This document shows, piece after piece, positions 28,602 to 39,152 of a stretch of DNA of 64,000 bases (the first letter of the stretch is position 1; each line of letters starts with the position of its first letter). Both the position numbers and the translations under genes were made by a program. The stretch is from Candidatus Methanomethylophilaceae archaeon (GTDB taxonomy: Archaea > Thermoplasmatota > Thermoplasmata > Methanomassiliicoccales > Methanomethylophilaceae), in contig JBMNHS010000002.1 in NCBI GenBank assembly GCA_050950505.1, positions 32,001 to 96,000 of the forward strand, given 5' to 3'. The notes below the pieces were generated by a model. It ran no database searches, had not been told where the DNA came from, and saw only the letters and a list, made by a program, of their open reading frames with translations.

Positions 28602-29012
28602 TCACTCAAGCCTTTTGAGCATTTTGACGACGGCATCGACGGCATCGCGTCCTTTCTCGATACGGTCCATTGCCTGGAGTTTCGTCATTCCGGGTCCGTT
28701 GACCCCGAAGGCGATGGGCTTGTTGTATTCAAGGGAAAGATCCGTGATCTTCCTTGCAGCCTGGGCTATTATGACCTGGTCGTGGTCGGTTTCGCCGGTT
28801 ATGACGGCTCCCAAAGTGATGACCGCGTCAATATCTTTCATTTCGGCCAGGTGTTTCACCGCCAAAGGCATGTCGTAAACGCCGGGAACGAAGATTTCTT
28901 CGGTAATTTCGACTCCGAGGAATTCAGCCTCGGCTTTCGCTCTTTCAATCATCATGGAAGTCACGTCGAAATTGAATTCCGCGGCAACCATTCCTATTCT
29001 GTACTTTTTCAT
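28602..29012 (-). CDS. ribH: 6,7-dimethyl-8-ribityllumazine synthase
   Basis: AEFN, VPGVYDMP and GAVITGETDHD motifs. Confidence 0.95.
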   Translation of the reverse strand: MKKYRIGMVAAEFNFDVTSMMIERAKAEAEFLGVEITEEIFVPGVYDMPLAVKHLAEMKDIDAVITLGAVITGETDHDQVIIAQAARKITDLSLEYNKPIAFGVNGPGMTKLQAMDRIEKGRDAVDAVVKMLKRLE

Positions 29013-29016
29013 CCTT

Positions 29017-29912
<896 letters not shown>

Positions 29913-29913
29913 A

Positions 29914-30624
29914 TCAGCGAACCGCCTCCGCCTTCCCCCGGAACTCGTCCCACTTCTCGATGACCTGATCTCCGGTGATATATTCGATATCGTTGTCTTC
30001 GGCGAATTTCATTGTCTTTTCTTTGCTCATTGCCTTTCCGTCGTCACCCATCATTTCGCATATGGTCGCGGAAGGAAGAACCCCCGCCATGTACATCAAC
30101 GCGGTGCAGAGTTCGGTGTGTCCCTTTCTCGAAGTAAGAAGATTTTCGGAAGCGTTCAGCAGATGAACGTGACCGGGAGATCTGAACTCGTTGCCCAAAT
30201 CCTTGATGATTTCTTCATCGGGTTTGTTTTGGAATATGACTTCCGCATATCTCGCGATGGTCATCGCACGGTCTCCGTCGGTGACTCCCGTGAATGTCTT
30301 GCGGTGGTTGACCGTGATGCCGAAAGAAGATTTGGTATTGTCATAAGGCAGATCGTTGGGAATCATTTTCTTCAGCAAAGGATAATTTCCCGGGTCGCTG
30401 CGGTAAACGTCCGTCATATACGGAAGTCCCAAATTTTTCGCTCTTTCGTAGGGAGTGGTCGTACAGATCAGCCCGCCTGCGTTTTTTCTCATAAATCTTA
30501 CAGTTTCAAATGTGGCAAACTGCGAAGCGACGGTAAGGTCGGCTTCGCCTTCCCTGTTGTCAAAATCGTAGACCAGAACAACTTTGCCCTGACGGATGTC
30601 GTCCAGGGCTTTTTCGAAATTCAT
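29914..30624 (-). CDS. ribB: 3,4-dihydroxy-2-butanone-4-phosphate synthase
   Basis: DFDNREGEAD, GGLIC, TGVTDGDR, FRSPGHV, RKGHTE and ICEM motifs. Confidence 0.95.
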   Translation of the reverse strand: MNFEKALDDIRQGKVVLVYDFDNREGEADLTVASQFATFETVRFMRKNAGGLICTTTPYERAKNLGLPYMTDVYRSDPGNYPLLKKMIPNDLPYDNTKSSFGITVNHRKTFTGVTDGDRAMTIARYAEVIFQNKPDEEIIKDLGNEFRSPGHVHLLNASENLLTSRKGHTELCTALMYMAGVLPSATICEMMGDDGKAMSKEKTMKFAEDNDIEYITGDQVIEKWDEFRGKAEAVR

Positions 30625-30675
30625 TCAATCACCTGTAATCATCCAAAGCGACATATAAAAAAATTGTTGGTAAAG

Positions 30676-30691
30676 TACTATTATTTTGGTA
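30676..30691. promoter_or_regulatory. Candidate regulator site upstream of the rib operon TATA box (possibly RbkR)
   Basis: Imperfect palindrome TACTA-N6-TGGTA, ~15 bp upstream of the minus-strand TTTTATAT. Confidence 0.35.
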
Positions 30692-30761
30692 GGTTCATAT
30701 TAGTTGCGTAACACATTGTTTTACGATAACAGTTTAAATATCTGCAACCAATGGAACTGTA

Positions 30762-31781
30762 ATGTCCGACAGAGAAGACGCAATGGACACGGAACTTTTC
30801 AAACAGACCGTGGGATTTCCCGAGCAGATTGAGTCCGCTCTGGAAATCGAGCTTCCCGAGATACCCCCGGCGGCAAAAATATGCATCTGCGGAATGGGTA
30901 CATCGGCTCTGGCGGGCGAGATTTTGGCCGATTTCACCAACAACAGGTCAAAAACCCAACTGCATGTGGTGAGACGGACGGATTTTCCTAAATGGGTGGA
31001 CGAAGAAACCTGCGTCATCCTCATAAGTTACTCCGGGAACACCAGGGAGACTTTGCTGGCTTACGACGAAGCCGTGCGCAGAAAAAGCAAAATCGTCTGC
31101 ATGACATCCGGCGGGGAACTGCAGACGAAATGCATCGGACGGAAAGATACTCTGGTTCTGTTGCCCGGAGGAATGCAATCCCGGGTCGCGTTGGGCCTCA
31201 TGCTCGGTGCCTTGGCTTCGGTGTTGGAGCGGATGGGCATAAGCGAAACCCAGATTGAACTCGAAAGAATCGTTCCGATTCTTAAGAACGAACGGGATGC
31301 AATGCTTGAAAATCAGTGTTTGATTGCCAGACTGATTGCGGTCAAACTTGTAGACAAGATTCCGGTCATTTACGGTCTGGCAAATATGAAATCCTCCGCA
31401 CTCAGGTGGAAGAATCAGATCAACGAAAATTCAAAAAACATATCTTTCAGCGGTTCGATTCCGGAATTCAATCACAACGAAATCGTGGGATGGACCGACG
31501 ACAGCACCAACAACAAAAATTTCATTCCCGTCATTCTGTACGACGATAACGCTTCCAAAATGGTGAGGAGCATGACCGATACGTCGATAGGCATACTCTC
31601 CGACAAAAAACTGAGTATAATCACCAATCACGTGGAAGGCTCCTCGAACCTCGAGAAGAATCTCAAGTGCATAATACTCGGAGACGTCGTGTCCATATTC
31701 CTTGCGGATCTGAGCGGTACCGACCCGGTCACGGATCAGCCTCTGAGAGAGGTCCGCGACCGTGCGGACCTGTCCGTCTGA
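30762..31781 (+). CDS. Bifunctional phosphoglucose/phosphomannose isomerase
   Basis: CGMGTS, SYSGNTRET, QINENSK and PEFNHNEI motifs. Confidence 0.93.
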   Translation: MSDREDAMDTELFKQTVGFPEQIESALEIELPEIPPAAKICICGMGTSALAGEILADFTNNRSKTQLHVVRRTDFPKWVDEETCVILISYSGNTRETLLAYDEAVRRKSKIVCMTSGGELQTKCIGRKDTLVLLPGGMQSRVALGLMLGALASVLERMGISETQIELERIVPILKNERDAMLENQCLIARLIAVKLVDKIPVIYGLANMKSSALRWKNQINENSKNISFSGSIPEFNHNEIVGWTDDSTNNKNFIPVILYDDNASKMVRSMTDTSIGILSDKKLSIITNHVEGSSNLEKNLKCIILGDVVSIFLADLSGTDPVTDQPLREVRDRADLSV

Positions 31782-31824
31782 CCATATCCTTTTTACGGCG
31801 TACGTATTAACGACGTATGATAAC

Positions 31825-33105
31825 ATGACCTTGGATGATGCAAAATACATCAGAGAGCAGGTGATGAACCACAACAAATGGTTCGAAGAATCCATTCCCA
31901 TGATAGCTTCCGAAAATCTTATGAGCCCTTTGGCCAAAGAAGTGATGATTTCGGATTTCGCCGACAGATACGCCGAAGGACTTCCCGGCAAGAGATACTA
32001 CCAGGGAAACATATTCGTCGACAAAGTCGAAATCAAAGCGACCGAAATCGCCAAAGATCTGTTCAAAGCGGATTTCGCCGACGTGAGACCCATATCGGGA
32101 ACCGTCGCTAACATGGCCGTTCTCTTTGCTTTCGCCGAACCCGGCGACACCATAACCACCTGTGCTCTTGCGCAGGGCGCTCACATATCCACCTGTGAAT
32201 TCGGAGCCTTCGGACAAAGATCCGTTAATTCCGTCAACTACCCCTTCAACGAAGAAGACATGAACATAGACGTGGACGGAACCATCAAACTTCTGAAAGA
32301 AGTGAAGCCCAAGGTCGCACAGTTCGGTCTGTCCGTCTTCCTGTTCCCGCCGCCTTTGAAGGAGCTTCAGGACACATTCAATGAAATCGACTGTCTGGTA
32401 TGGGAAGACTGTGCCCACGTTCTCGGTCTGATTGCCGGAGGGCAGTTCCACGATCCTCTGAGGGAAGGCGTCAACATCGTTTCCTCATCCACCCACAAAA
32501 CATTCCCCGGTCCGAACCACGGAATGCTTCTCGGTGCAAATCTCACCGAAGAAGAGGAAAAGAAACTGCAGAAAGCGGTTTTCCCCGGTGTGACCTCCAG
32601 CCACCACCTTCACGCAATGGCGTCTCTCGCGGTCACCCTTGCGGAGATGGAAGTCTTTGCCAAAGAATACGCTTCCCAGACCTGCAAGAACGCACGTCAG
32701 CTCGGTGAGTCCCTGTATGAACTCGGGGTTCCCGTTCTCTGTCCAGATCTGGGATTCACCAGGTCTCACGCGATTGCCGTGGATGTTTCGGAATTCGGCG
32801 GCGGAAGGGACTGTGCCCAGTGGCTTGAGGATGCAAACATAATCTGCAACAAGAACATGCTTCCCAGAGACACCAGCGCCGTACGTCCGTCCGGATTGAG
32901 ATTCGGTGCCCAGGAAATGACCCGCCTCGGAATGAAGGAAAGCGAAATGAAAGAAGTCGCCCAGTTCATCGCACGCGTGGTCAAAGGCGAAGATCCGGCC
33001 AAAGTCAGGGAAGACGTGAAGGACTTCAAGAAACAGTTCGACACAATCAAGTTTTGTTTCAACGAAGGCGAGAAGGCTTACGCCTACCATAAACTCGTAC
33101 CCTGA
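31825..33105 (+). CDS. glyA: Serine hydroxymethyltransferase
   Basis: MIASEN, YAEG..RYYQG and SSTHKTFPGP motifs; start at ATG 31825. Confidence 0.97.
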   Translation: MTLDDAKYIREQVMNHNKWFEESIPMIASENLMSPLAKEVMISDFADRYAEGLPGKRYYQGNIFVDKVEIKATEIAKDLFKADFADVRPISGTVANMAVLFAFAEPGDTITTCALAQGAHISTCEFGAFGQRSVNSVNYPFNEEDMNIDVDGTIKLLKEVKPKVAQFGLSVFLFPPPLKELQDTFNEIDCLVWEDCAHVLGLIAGGQFHDPLREGVNIVSSSTHKTFPGPNHGMLLGANLTEEEEKKLQKAVFPGVTSSHHLHAMASLAVTLAEMEVFAKEYASQTCKNARQLGESLYELGVPVLCPDLGFTRSHAIAVDVSEFGGGRDCAQWLEDANIICNKNMLPRDTSAVRPSGLRFGAQEMTRLGMKESEMKEVAQFIARVVKGEDPAKVREDVKDFKKQFDTIKFCFNEGEKAYAYHKLVP

Positions 33106-33125
33106 ACGGAATCATCAAACACTTT

Positions 33126-33144
33126 GCCCGCGCACTGCGCGGGC
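33126..33144 (+). terminator. GC-rich hairpin after glyA
   Basis: GCCCGCGCA-c-TGCGCGGGC followed by a pyrimidine-rich tract. Confidence 0.6.
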
Positions 33145-33232
33145 CCATTTCTCATTATAATTTTTGAATCAACCATATGCCGATTCGCCGTATTCAGACG
33201 TCGTATACAACGGTAAAAAATTGTACAATTCG

Positions 33233-33250
33233 ATTTAGGCAGGGCTAAAT
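33233..33250. promoter_or_regulatory. DtxR/IdeR-type operator
   Basis: ATTTAG-GCAGGG-CTAAAT, resembling the TTAGG...CCTAA box, abutting the TATA element upstream of dtxR-feoB. Confidence 0.65.
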
Positions 33251-33267
33251 ATATTAACTTCACGGTC

Positions 33268-33939
33268 GTGACGGTATCGATGACATCAGGAAGCCGCGAG
33301 GATTATCTAATCGAAATTCTCCGTTTGACCAATGGTGAGGGAAAGGTCAAGAACCAAGAATTGGCAGAGCGGCTGAATGTTTCACCGGCCAGCGTATCCG
33401 AAATGATTAAAGTTCTTTCCAACGAAGGATACGTAAAATACACCAAGTACGTAGGCGCCGAACTCACTGAAGCGGGATTGGAATATGCAAGGCAGATCCG
33501 CAGAAAACACGATTTGATGGAAAGATTCCTGACTGACGTGCTGGACGTGGATCCGATAACCGCACATGAGGAAGCTCATAAAATGGAACATGCGATTTCC
33601 GACGAATCCGCTCAAAGGATATGCCGCATAATCGGTTCTCCCGACAATGAGGACTGCAAACATTGCGAAGAATACGATCCTGCGAAAGAAGGATGCAGGG
33701 TGGATACGAAATTGAGCGATCTGGAATCCGGGGAGACAGGGTTGATATCTCATCTGAGAAGCACCGTGCCGTCGATTGTGAAAAGATTGATTTCCATGGG
33801 ATTCGTGCCCGGAAGGGAAGTATGCATGGACAGCAACATCTCAAAAGCCGGACCAAAAGTGGTGAGCGTGGGCAACGCGACATTCGCTTTGGATTCCGAA
33901 ACGGCGGCTTCCGTATTCGTTAGCAAGAGTGATGAATAA
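33268..33939 (+). CDS. DtxR/MntR-family metalloregulator with C-terminal FeoA domain
   Basis: REDYL..LAERLNVSPASVSEM; RKHDLMERFL..EAHKMEH; KRLISMGFVPG. Confidence 0.92.
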   Translation: MTVSMTSGSREDYLIEILRLTNGEGKVKNQELAERLNVSPASVSEMIKVLSNEGYVKYTKYVGAELTEAGLEYARQIRRKHDLMERFLTDVLDVDPITAHEEAHKMEHAISDESAQRICRIIGSPDNEDCKHCEEYDPAKEGCRVDTKLSDLESGETGLISHLRSTVPSIVKRLISMGFVPGREVCMDSNISKAGPKVVSVGNATFALDSETAASVFVSKSDE

Positions 33940-35861
33940 TGCAGGACGGAATGTTCACAACAGCCCTGGTGGGACAGCCCAACGTAGGGAAATCATCTCT
34001 TTTTACAAGATTGACCGGGGTAGGAGTCATATCTTCCAATTATCCCGGCACCACCGTGGCATTCGAAGAAGCCGTAATTATGAGGAAGGGCAACAAAGTC
34101 CGTGTTTACGATCTGCCCGGAACCTACGGCATGTCCGGCAACTCCGAAGACGAGAATGTAGTTTTGGAAATGGTGAAAAACCCTGAAATCGACTCGGTCA
34201 TCGTCATCGCCGACGCCGCAAATCTTCAGAGCAGTCTGGTTCTCTGTTTTGAAGTCATCGAACTCGGAATACCGATGATTCTGGCAATCAACAAAATCGA
34301 TGAAGCAAAAAAGAAATTCGATACGGATTTCGATGCGTTGGAGAAACTGTTGGACGTTCCCGTCATTCCCGTTTCCGCAAAGACTTCCGATGGTGTGGAT
34401 GCTCTCGCCGATGCGGTGTGCGAAGGACGGGCCAGAGTTTCTTCTTTCAAAGTAAAATACGACGGCAGGCTGGAACCGATGATTCTTTCCCTGTCCGAAC
34501 GGACCGACTCCGCAAGGTTTGGGAATTTCGGTACCGCCGTCAAACTCATGGAGGATGCCGAAACCTTCATTGACGACGTTGACGACGACGTCGCCGCAAC
34601 CGCGGAAAAGTACAGGAATGAGTTTGAAACCGCTTATGACGAATCCGCCGGCATTCAGATAGCCAGAGACCGTTATTCGATTTCTGACGCAATGGTCAGG
34701 AAAATTCAGTTCAGGACCCAGAACAAAATGAGCAGAAAGGACAGACTGTCCGAAATAATGATCACTCCGTCAACCGGCATTCCGATACTGGTCGGAGTTA
34801 TGATGTCGGTTTTCCTGGCTATCATTTTCATCGGTAATTTCCTGGACGAACTCATAGAAGATCTTTACGTATCTTTGGTGGGTGACACCCTCGCCAATTT
34901 CGGACATTCCATCGGCGGCGACTTCGGATATGCCGTGATGCAGGGTGTCGATCAGAGCATACTCGCGGTTCTTACGTTGATTATCCCTTACATTCTGGTG
35001 TTCTACATCATACTGGGAATACTGGAAGATTCCGGTTATCTTCCCCGTGCCGTGGTTCTGCTTGACAGAATCATGCACCGTTTCGGTCTGCACGGCGGGG
35101 CGTTCATCCCTATGATCGTCGGACTGGGATGCAATGTTCCGGCGATAATGGCCACCAGAACGATTCATTCCCGCAGGGAGAAGATTATCGTCACGACGCT
35201 TATTGCAATATGCGTGCCCTGTTCCGCACAACTGGCAATCATATTCGGAATTGTCGGAAATTTCTCCGGAATATTTTACGCGTTCCTTATTTTGCTCATT
35301 GTACTGGCTCTCATGGTCGTACTCGGTGTTGCACTGAACCATTTCCTTAAGATGGAACCCAGTAACCTGGCAATGGAAATTCCTGATTTGACCGTTCCCA
35401 CGGTCAAGAACGTTCTGTTCAAGACCTGGGACAGAATCAAGGAATTCTTTTACATCGCATTCCCTCTGTTGGTCGTCGGAAGCGTCCTGGTGCAGATTGC
35501 GTTGAATTACGATCTGTTGGATTTCATCGTGGAACCCATGTCTTTTATAACCGTGACCATGCTGGGACTGCCTGCGGTGGTCATCATCGCATTCCTTGCG
35601 GGCATATTGAGGAAGGAAATGGCCGTGGTGATTCTTGCCGCCGTGCTTTCCGTTTCGGAATCGGGTCTGGTTGACATGATGTCCCCCGAACAGTTCTTCG
35701 TGTTCGGATTGATAATGGCCATATACATGCCCTGTCTCGCGACGATGGCCGTCATATGGCAGGAACTCGGGTGGAAGGAAACCGTTTTGATAGCGGTGTT
35801 CTCGATAGGCATTGCCATTGCAATAGGCTCCATTGCCCATCTGATGTTTACGATATTCTGA
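33939..35861 (+). CDS. feoB: Ferrous iron transporter B
   Basis: GQPNVGKS, NYPGTTV, DLPG, NKID, LEDSGY, GCNVPA and PCSA motifs. Confidence 0.96.
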   Translation: MQDGMFTTALVGQPNVGKSSLFTRLTGVGVISSNYPGTTVAFEEAVIMRKGNKVRVYDLPGTYGMSGNSEDENVVLEMVKNPEIDSVIVIADAANLQSSLVLCFEVIELGIPMILAINKIDEAKKKFDTDFDALEKLLDVPVIPVSAKTSDGVDALADAVCEGRARVSSFKVKYDGRLEPMILSLSERTDSARFGNFGTAVKLMEDAETFIDDVDDDVAATAEKYRNEFETAYDESAGIQIARDRYSISDAMVRKIQFRTQNKMSRKDRLSEIMITPSTGIPILVGVMMSVFLAIIFIGNFLDELIEDLYVSLVGDTLANFGHSIGGDFGYAVMQGVDQSILAVLTLIIPYILVFYIILGILEDSGYLPRAVVLLDRIMHRFGLHGGAFIPMIVGLGCNVPAIMATRTIHSRREKIIVTTLIAICVPCSAQLAIIFGIVGNFSGIFYAFLILLIVLALMVVLGVALNHFLKMEPSNLAMEIPDLTVPTVKNVLFKTWDRIKEFFYIAFPLLVVGSVLVQIALNYDLLDFIVEPMSFITVTMLGLPAVVIIAFLAGILRKEMAVVILAAVLSVSESGLVDMMSPEQFFVFGLIMAIYMPCLATMAVIWQELGWKETVLIAVFSIGIAIAIGSIAHLMFTIF

Positions 35862-35881
35862 TACACTTTGTGTATCAGAAT
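35855..35881. terminator. Hairpin between convergent feoB and gltX
   Basis: ATTCTGATACAC-ttt-GTGTATCAGAAT perfect inverted repeat. Confidence 0.6.
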
Positions 35882-35917
35882 CATAAAAGAGATTGACCCG
35901 ACCGGGAACGTAAGAAT

Positions 35918-37600
35918 TCAGCGGTGGGTGTATACGGCTTTCACCGAGTCGGGTGTTCTTTCCAGCAGCCTTACGAAACCGAACCTTTCGAACTGAACGA
36001 TGTCCCCCTTCTCGTCAAGAACGGCGTTTTCCGCAAGACCCTCGATGACTGAACCGTCAGGCATCAAAACCGTGGTTTTCACACTGTTTCTGGAAACCCA
36101 CTGAACCGCGTGCACCCCCTGCCTCAGAATGGACAGATCGTTGCCGTCGTAAACCGCGGGGGTTCCGTATCTGAGGTTGCAGAGATCTTTGAGTCTGATC
36201 ATTCCGTTATCGCAGAAGTTTTTGGAGTCTTCCGAAGAAACGAATATGGTGTTGCTTCCGTCAATGAGATATTCACGGTTGCCTCTTTCCGGGTGGTCGG
36301 GATGCTTGGGGGCGGAACCTTCGAGGTTCTCCTTGCCGGATATGTCGTATCTTACCGGATCTTGGACGAAGAAGTATCTGTTCGACACGTCGTCTATGAT
36401 GTCCCGGTTCATTCCGTAGAGATTGTCCCAGGAGAACTGGATATCCACGGATTTCATACCGGCTTCAACCCAGTAACGTCTCAGAGCATCGGGTTTTATT
36501 CCTCTCAGTCCAAGAGCCCTCACGGTTCCCGTCCTAACGTCATCCCACCCGGAATATTCACCCTTCCGAATGCATTCCCTTATGGTTGACGTTTTCAGCA
36601 CGGTATCGGGGATGTTCACGAGTCCGTAATGATAATAGACAGGTTTTTCCCATCCGAAATAATCGAAAATGTAAGCCTGTCTGTGAGTGTTGTTGAGATG
36701 ATCTTTTCCACGTATGACGTGAGTCATCCCCATGAGGTGGTCATCGATGGCAACGGAGAAATTCATCATCGGATATACGCGGTATTTGTCCCCGGTCAGG
36801 GGGTGGGGGTGTTCCACGATTCTCAGGGCGACGAAATCTCTGATGGCGGGATTGGGATGCTCCAAATCGGTTTTAACCACGGCGACGGCCTCACCCTCGC
36901 CGTAACTTCCGTTCATCATTTTATTGAATCTTTCCGCCTGTTCTTCCGCCGGAAGTTCTCTGCAGGGACATGCCCGGCATTCCTCTTTCAATCCTCTCCA
37001 AACATCCCCGTCGCAGGTGCAGACGTAAACTTTGCCCATTTCAATGAGTTTATCCACGTGTTTGAAATAAATGTCAAAACGGTCGGATTGGATGTAAGTC
37101 TCGTCAATTTTGACGCCGAGCCATTCCAAATCCTCGGAGATCATGCCGTAAGCGTCCGAATCTATTTTTTCGGGATTGGTGTCTTCGATTCTCAGGATAA
37201 GTTTGCCGCCGTATCTCTTGACGTATTCGTCGTTGAGAACCGCGACGCGGGTATGTCCGATGTGCAACGGACCGGAAGGGCCGGGCGCAATGCGCATGAC
37301 CACGCCTTTCCCGGCGTTTTCAAGTTCGGGCAACTCATAGGTTCTTTCCTTTTTCTCCTTCACGAGAAGCTCGGGATCTTTCTCTTTCAGCTCTTCCGTC
37401 TGTTCGTCAAGGCTCATTCCGTTGATTTCCTCAACGATTCCGTTCACAAGAATTCCAATCTCTCCGGATTGGGATCTGTACTCCGGAAAACCGCTGAGAA
37501 TCTTTCCGATAACGGCTTTGGGATTCGCCTTACCTTTGAAGAATATTGCATTCTGCAGTGCGAATTTTCTGATTTCCTGTTTTAGACCGTCATCGTTCAT
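35918..37600 (-). CDS. gltX: Glutamyl-tRNA synthetase (archaeal type)
   Basis: RIAPGPSGPLHIGH, RIEDT, THVIRGKDH and QFERFGF motifs. Confidence 0.97.
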   Translation of the reverse strand: MNDDGLKQEIRKFALQNAIFFKGKANPKAVIGKILSGFPEYRSQSGEIGILVNGIVEEINGMSLDEQTEELKEKDPELLVKEKKERTYELPELENAGKGVVMRIAPGPSGPLHIGHTRVAVLNDEYVKRYGGKLILRIEDTNPEKIDSDAYGMISEDLEWLGVKIDETYIQSDRFDIYFKHVDKLIEMGKVYVCTCDGDVWRGLKEECRACPCRELPAEEQAERFNKMMNGSYGEGEAVAVVKTDLEHPNPAIRDFVALRIVEHPHPLTGDKYRVYPMMNFSVAIDDHLMGMTHVIRGKDHLNNTHRQAYIFDYFGWEKPVYYHYGLVNIPDTVLKTSTIRECIRKGEYSGWDDVRTGTVRALGLRGIKPDALRRYWVEAGMKSVDIQFSWDNLYGMNRDIIDDVSNRYFFVQDPVRYDISGKENLEGSAPKHPDHPERGNREYLIDGSNTIFVSSEDSKNFCDNGMIRLKDLCNLRYGTPAVYDGNDLSILRQGVHAVQWVSRNSVKTTVLMPDGSVIEGLAENAVLDEKGDIVQFERFGFVRLLERTPDSVKAVYTHR

Positions 37601-37685
37601 TGTTATTCTGATTCTGATGCTTATATAAATTGTTGACCGCGGCGGATTGAGTTCAAATAAATACCTTTGATGCCATCAACGGTGC

Positions 37686-38951
37686 ATGACGATAAAGGAT
37701 TCACTTGCGGGAGACATCGAGACCATATCCGAACCCATCGATCCCGATACAAGCGATACCACCGAAATTCTCAACGGGGCTCAGGAGAAAACTTTCTATT
37801 TCACGAATCACAACGGATGCAAAGCCGCCGGCAACCTGTTTTCCACAAGGGAGAAAATAGCCGAAGGTCTGGGAATACCCCCTTCCGAAATAATCGATGT
37901 GATTTCTTCCGCCGTAAGCGCTCCTGCAGGTTGCGATGAAATCAAAAATCCGAAATTCAGAAAGAACAATCCCAAAACGGATCTGCTCAAACTGCCGATA
38001 CCCAGATATTATCCCAAGGACGGCGGACGGTATATTTCGGCAGGCGTCATTGTTGCCGAATCCAACGGGAGAAGAAACGTATCCTTCCACAGAATGATGA
38101 TAGTGGATTCCGATACAATCGCGGTAAGACTGGTTCCCAGACATCTGTATACCATGTACAACGAAGCCGTGAGAAACGGCGAGGAACTCAACATCGCCAT
38201 CTGCGTCGGAGCCCCCATAGAAGTTCTCCTTGCGGCCGCCACATCCACCGATTACGGTCAGGATGAAATGGAGATCGCATCCGCATTGAGAAAAGCCGCC
38301 GGCAAACCGCCGTTGGAAATGGGAAGATGCGACAACGGCCTGCTGGTGCCTGCCGATACCGATTATGTTTTCGAAGGGAGACTGACTCCGGAGAAAATCG
38401 CGGAAGGTCCCTTTGTGGACATAACGGGGACCTATGATGCCGTGAGGCAGGAACCCGTAATAAAAATAGATAAAACCTGGACCTGCGACGATCCCGTATT
38501 CCATCTGCTTTTGCCCGGGGGGTGGGAACACTATCTTCTGATGGGACTTCCCAGGGAACCCATGATTCTCAAGACCGTTAGACAGGCGGTCCCCAGAGTC
38601 AAAGCCGTCCGTCTGACGGAAGGCGGCTGTTGCTGGTTCAACGGCGTGGTTTCCATATCGAAGAACAAAGAAGGAGACGGCGTGAACGCAATCATGGCCG
38701 CTTTCACCGGACATTCTTCGATGAAACAGGTCATCGTCGTGGATGACGACATAGACATCAATGACGACAAAGAAGTCGAATGGGCGGTGGCCACCAGGAT
38801 TCAGGGCGGCGACATCATAAAAATTCCCGGTGCCGCCGGTTCTTCGTTGGATCACAGCGCGTGTGAAACAACCTGGAAAATCGGTTACGATGCCACACTG
38901 CCTTTGGACGCGGACAAGTCCAAGTTCATGAAGGCAAGGATTCACGAGTAA
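37686..38951 (+). CDS. UbiD-family decarboxylase (possibly anhydromevalonate-phosphate decarboxylase)
   Basis: DGGRYI, NVSFHR, EGPFVDITG and VVDDDID..VEWAVATR motifs. Confidence 0.88.
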   Translation: MTIKDSLAGDIETISEPIDPDTSDTTEILNGAQEKTFYFTNHNGCKAAGNLFSTREKIAEGLGIPPSEIIDVISSAVSAPAGCDEIKNPKFRKNNPKTDLLKLPIPRYYPKDGGRYISAGVIVAESNGRRNVSFHRMMIVDSDTIAVRLVPRHLYTMYNEAVRNGEELNIAICVGAPIEVLLAAATSTDYGQDEMEIASALRKAAGKPPLEMGRCDNGLLVPADTDYVFEGRLTPEKIAEGPFVDITGTYDAVRQEPVIKIDKTWTCDDPVFHLLLPGGWEHYLLMGLPREPMILKTVRQAVPRVKAVRLTEGGCCWFNGVVSISKNKEGDGVNAIMAAFTGHSSMKQVIVVDDDIDINDDKEVEWAVATRIQGGDIIKIPGAAGSSLDHSACETTWKIGYDATLPLDADKSKFMKARIHE

Positions 38952-39016
38952 TCGACATAGTTAAAATAAACGGAGATATACCATACATAATAATCCGAAA
39001 GGAAATAGGTGAACAA

Positions 39017-39133
39017 ATGAGCAACACTGACATGGAAGAAAAGAAAAGGAAGCGCGACAACTTGGTAATCGCCGCGGCAATGACCGCTATGGTGATTCTG
39101 ATTTCCCTTGCGGCATTCCTTTATCCGCTCTGA
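39017..39133 (+). CDS. Small single-TM membrane protein (38 aa)
   Basis: MSNTDMEEKKRKRDNLVIAAAMTAMVILISLAAFLYPL*; AGGTGA RBS just upstream and TTAAAATA further upstream. Confidence 0.7.
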   Translation: MSNTDMEEKKRKRDNLVIAAAMTAMVILISLAAFLYPL

Positions 39134-39152
39134 AACGGAATATTTTCAAACT

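Noticed and set aside
28521-28645. N-terminal part of the 286-aa ORF as a real HsdS start
   Set aside because: It overlaps the ribH 3' end and its terminator; HsdS similarity starts only at RINDYL.
37701-38945. Long antisense ORFs (e.g. 414 aa here; 425 aa at 52492-53769; 356 aa at 34770-35840)
   Set aside because: They mirror well-supported genes on the opposite strand, lack motifs, and are expected from codon bias.
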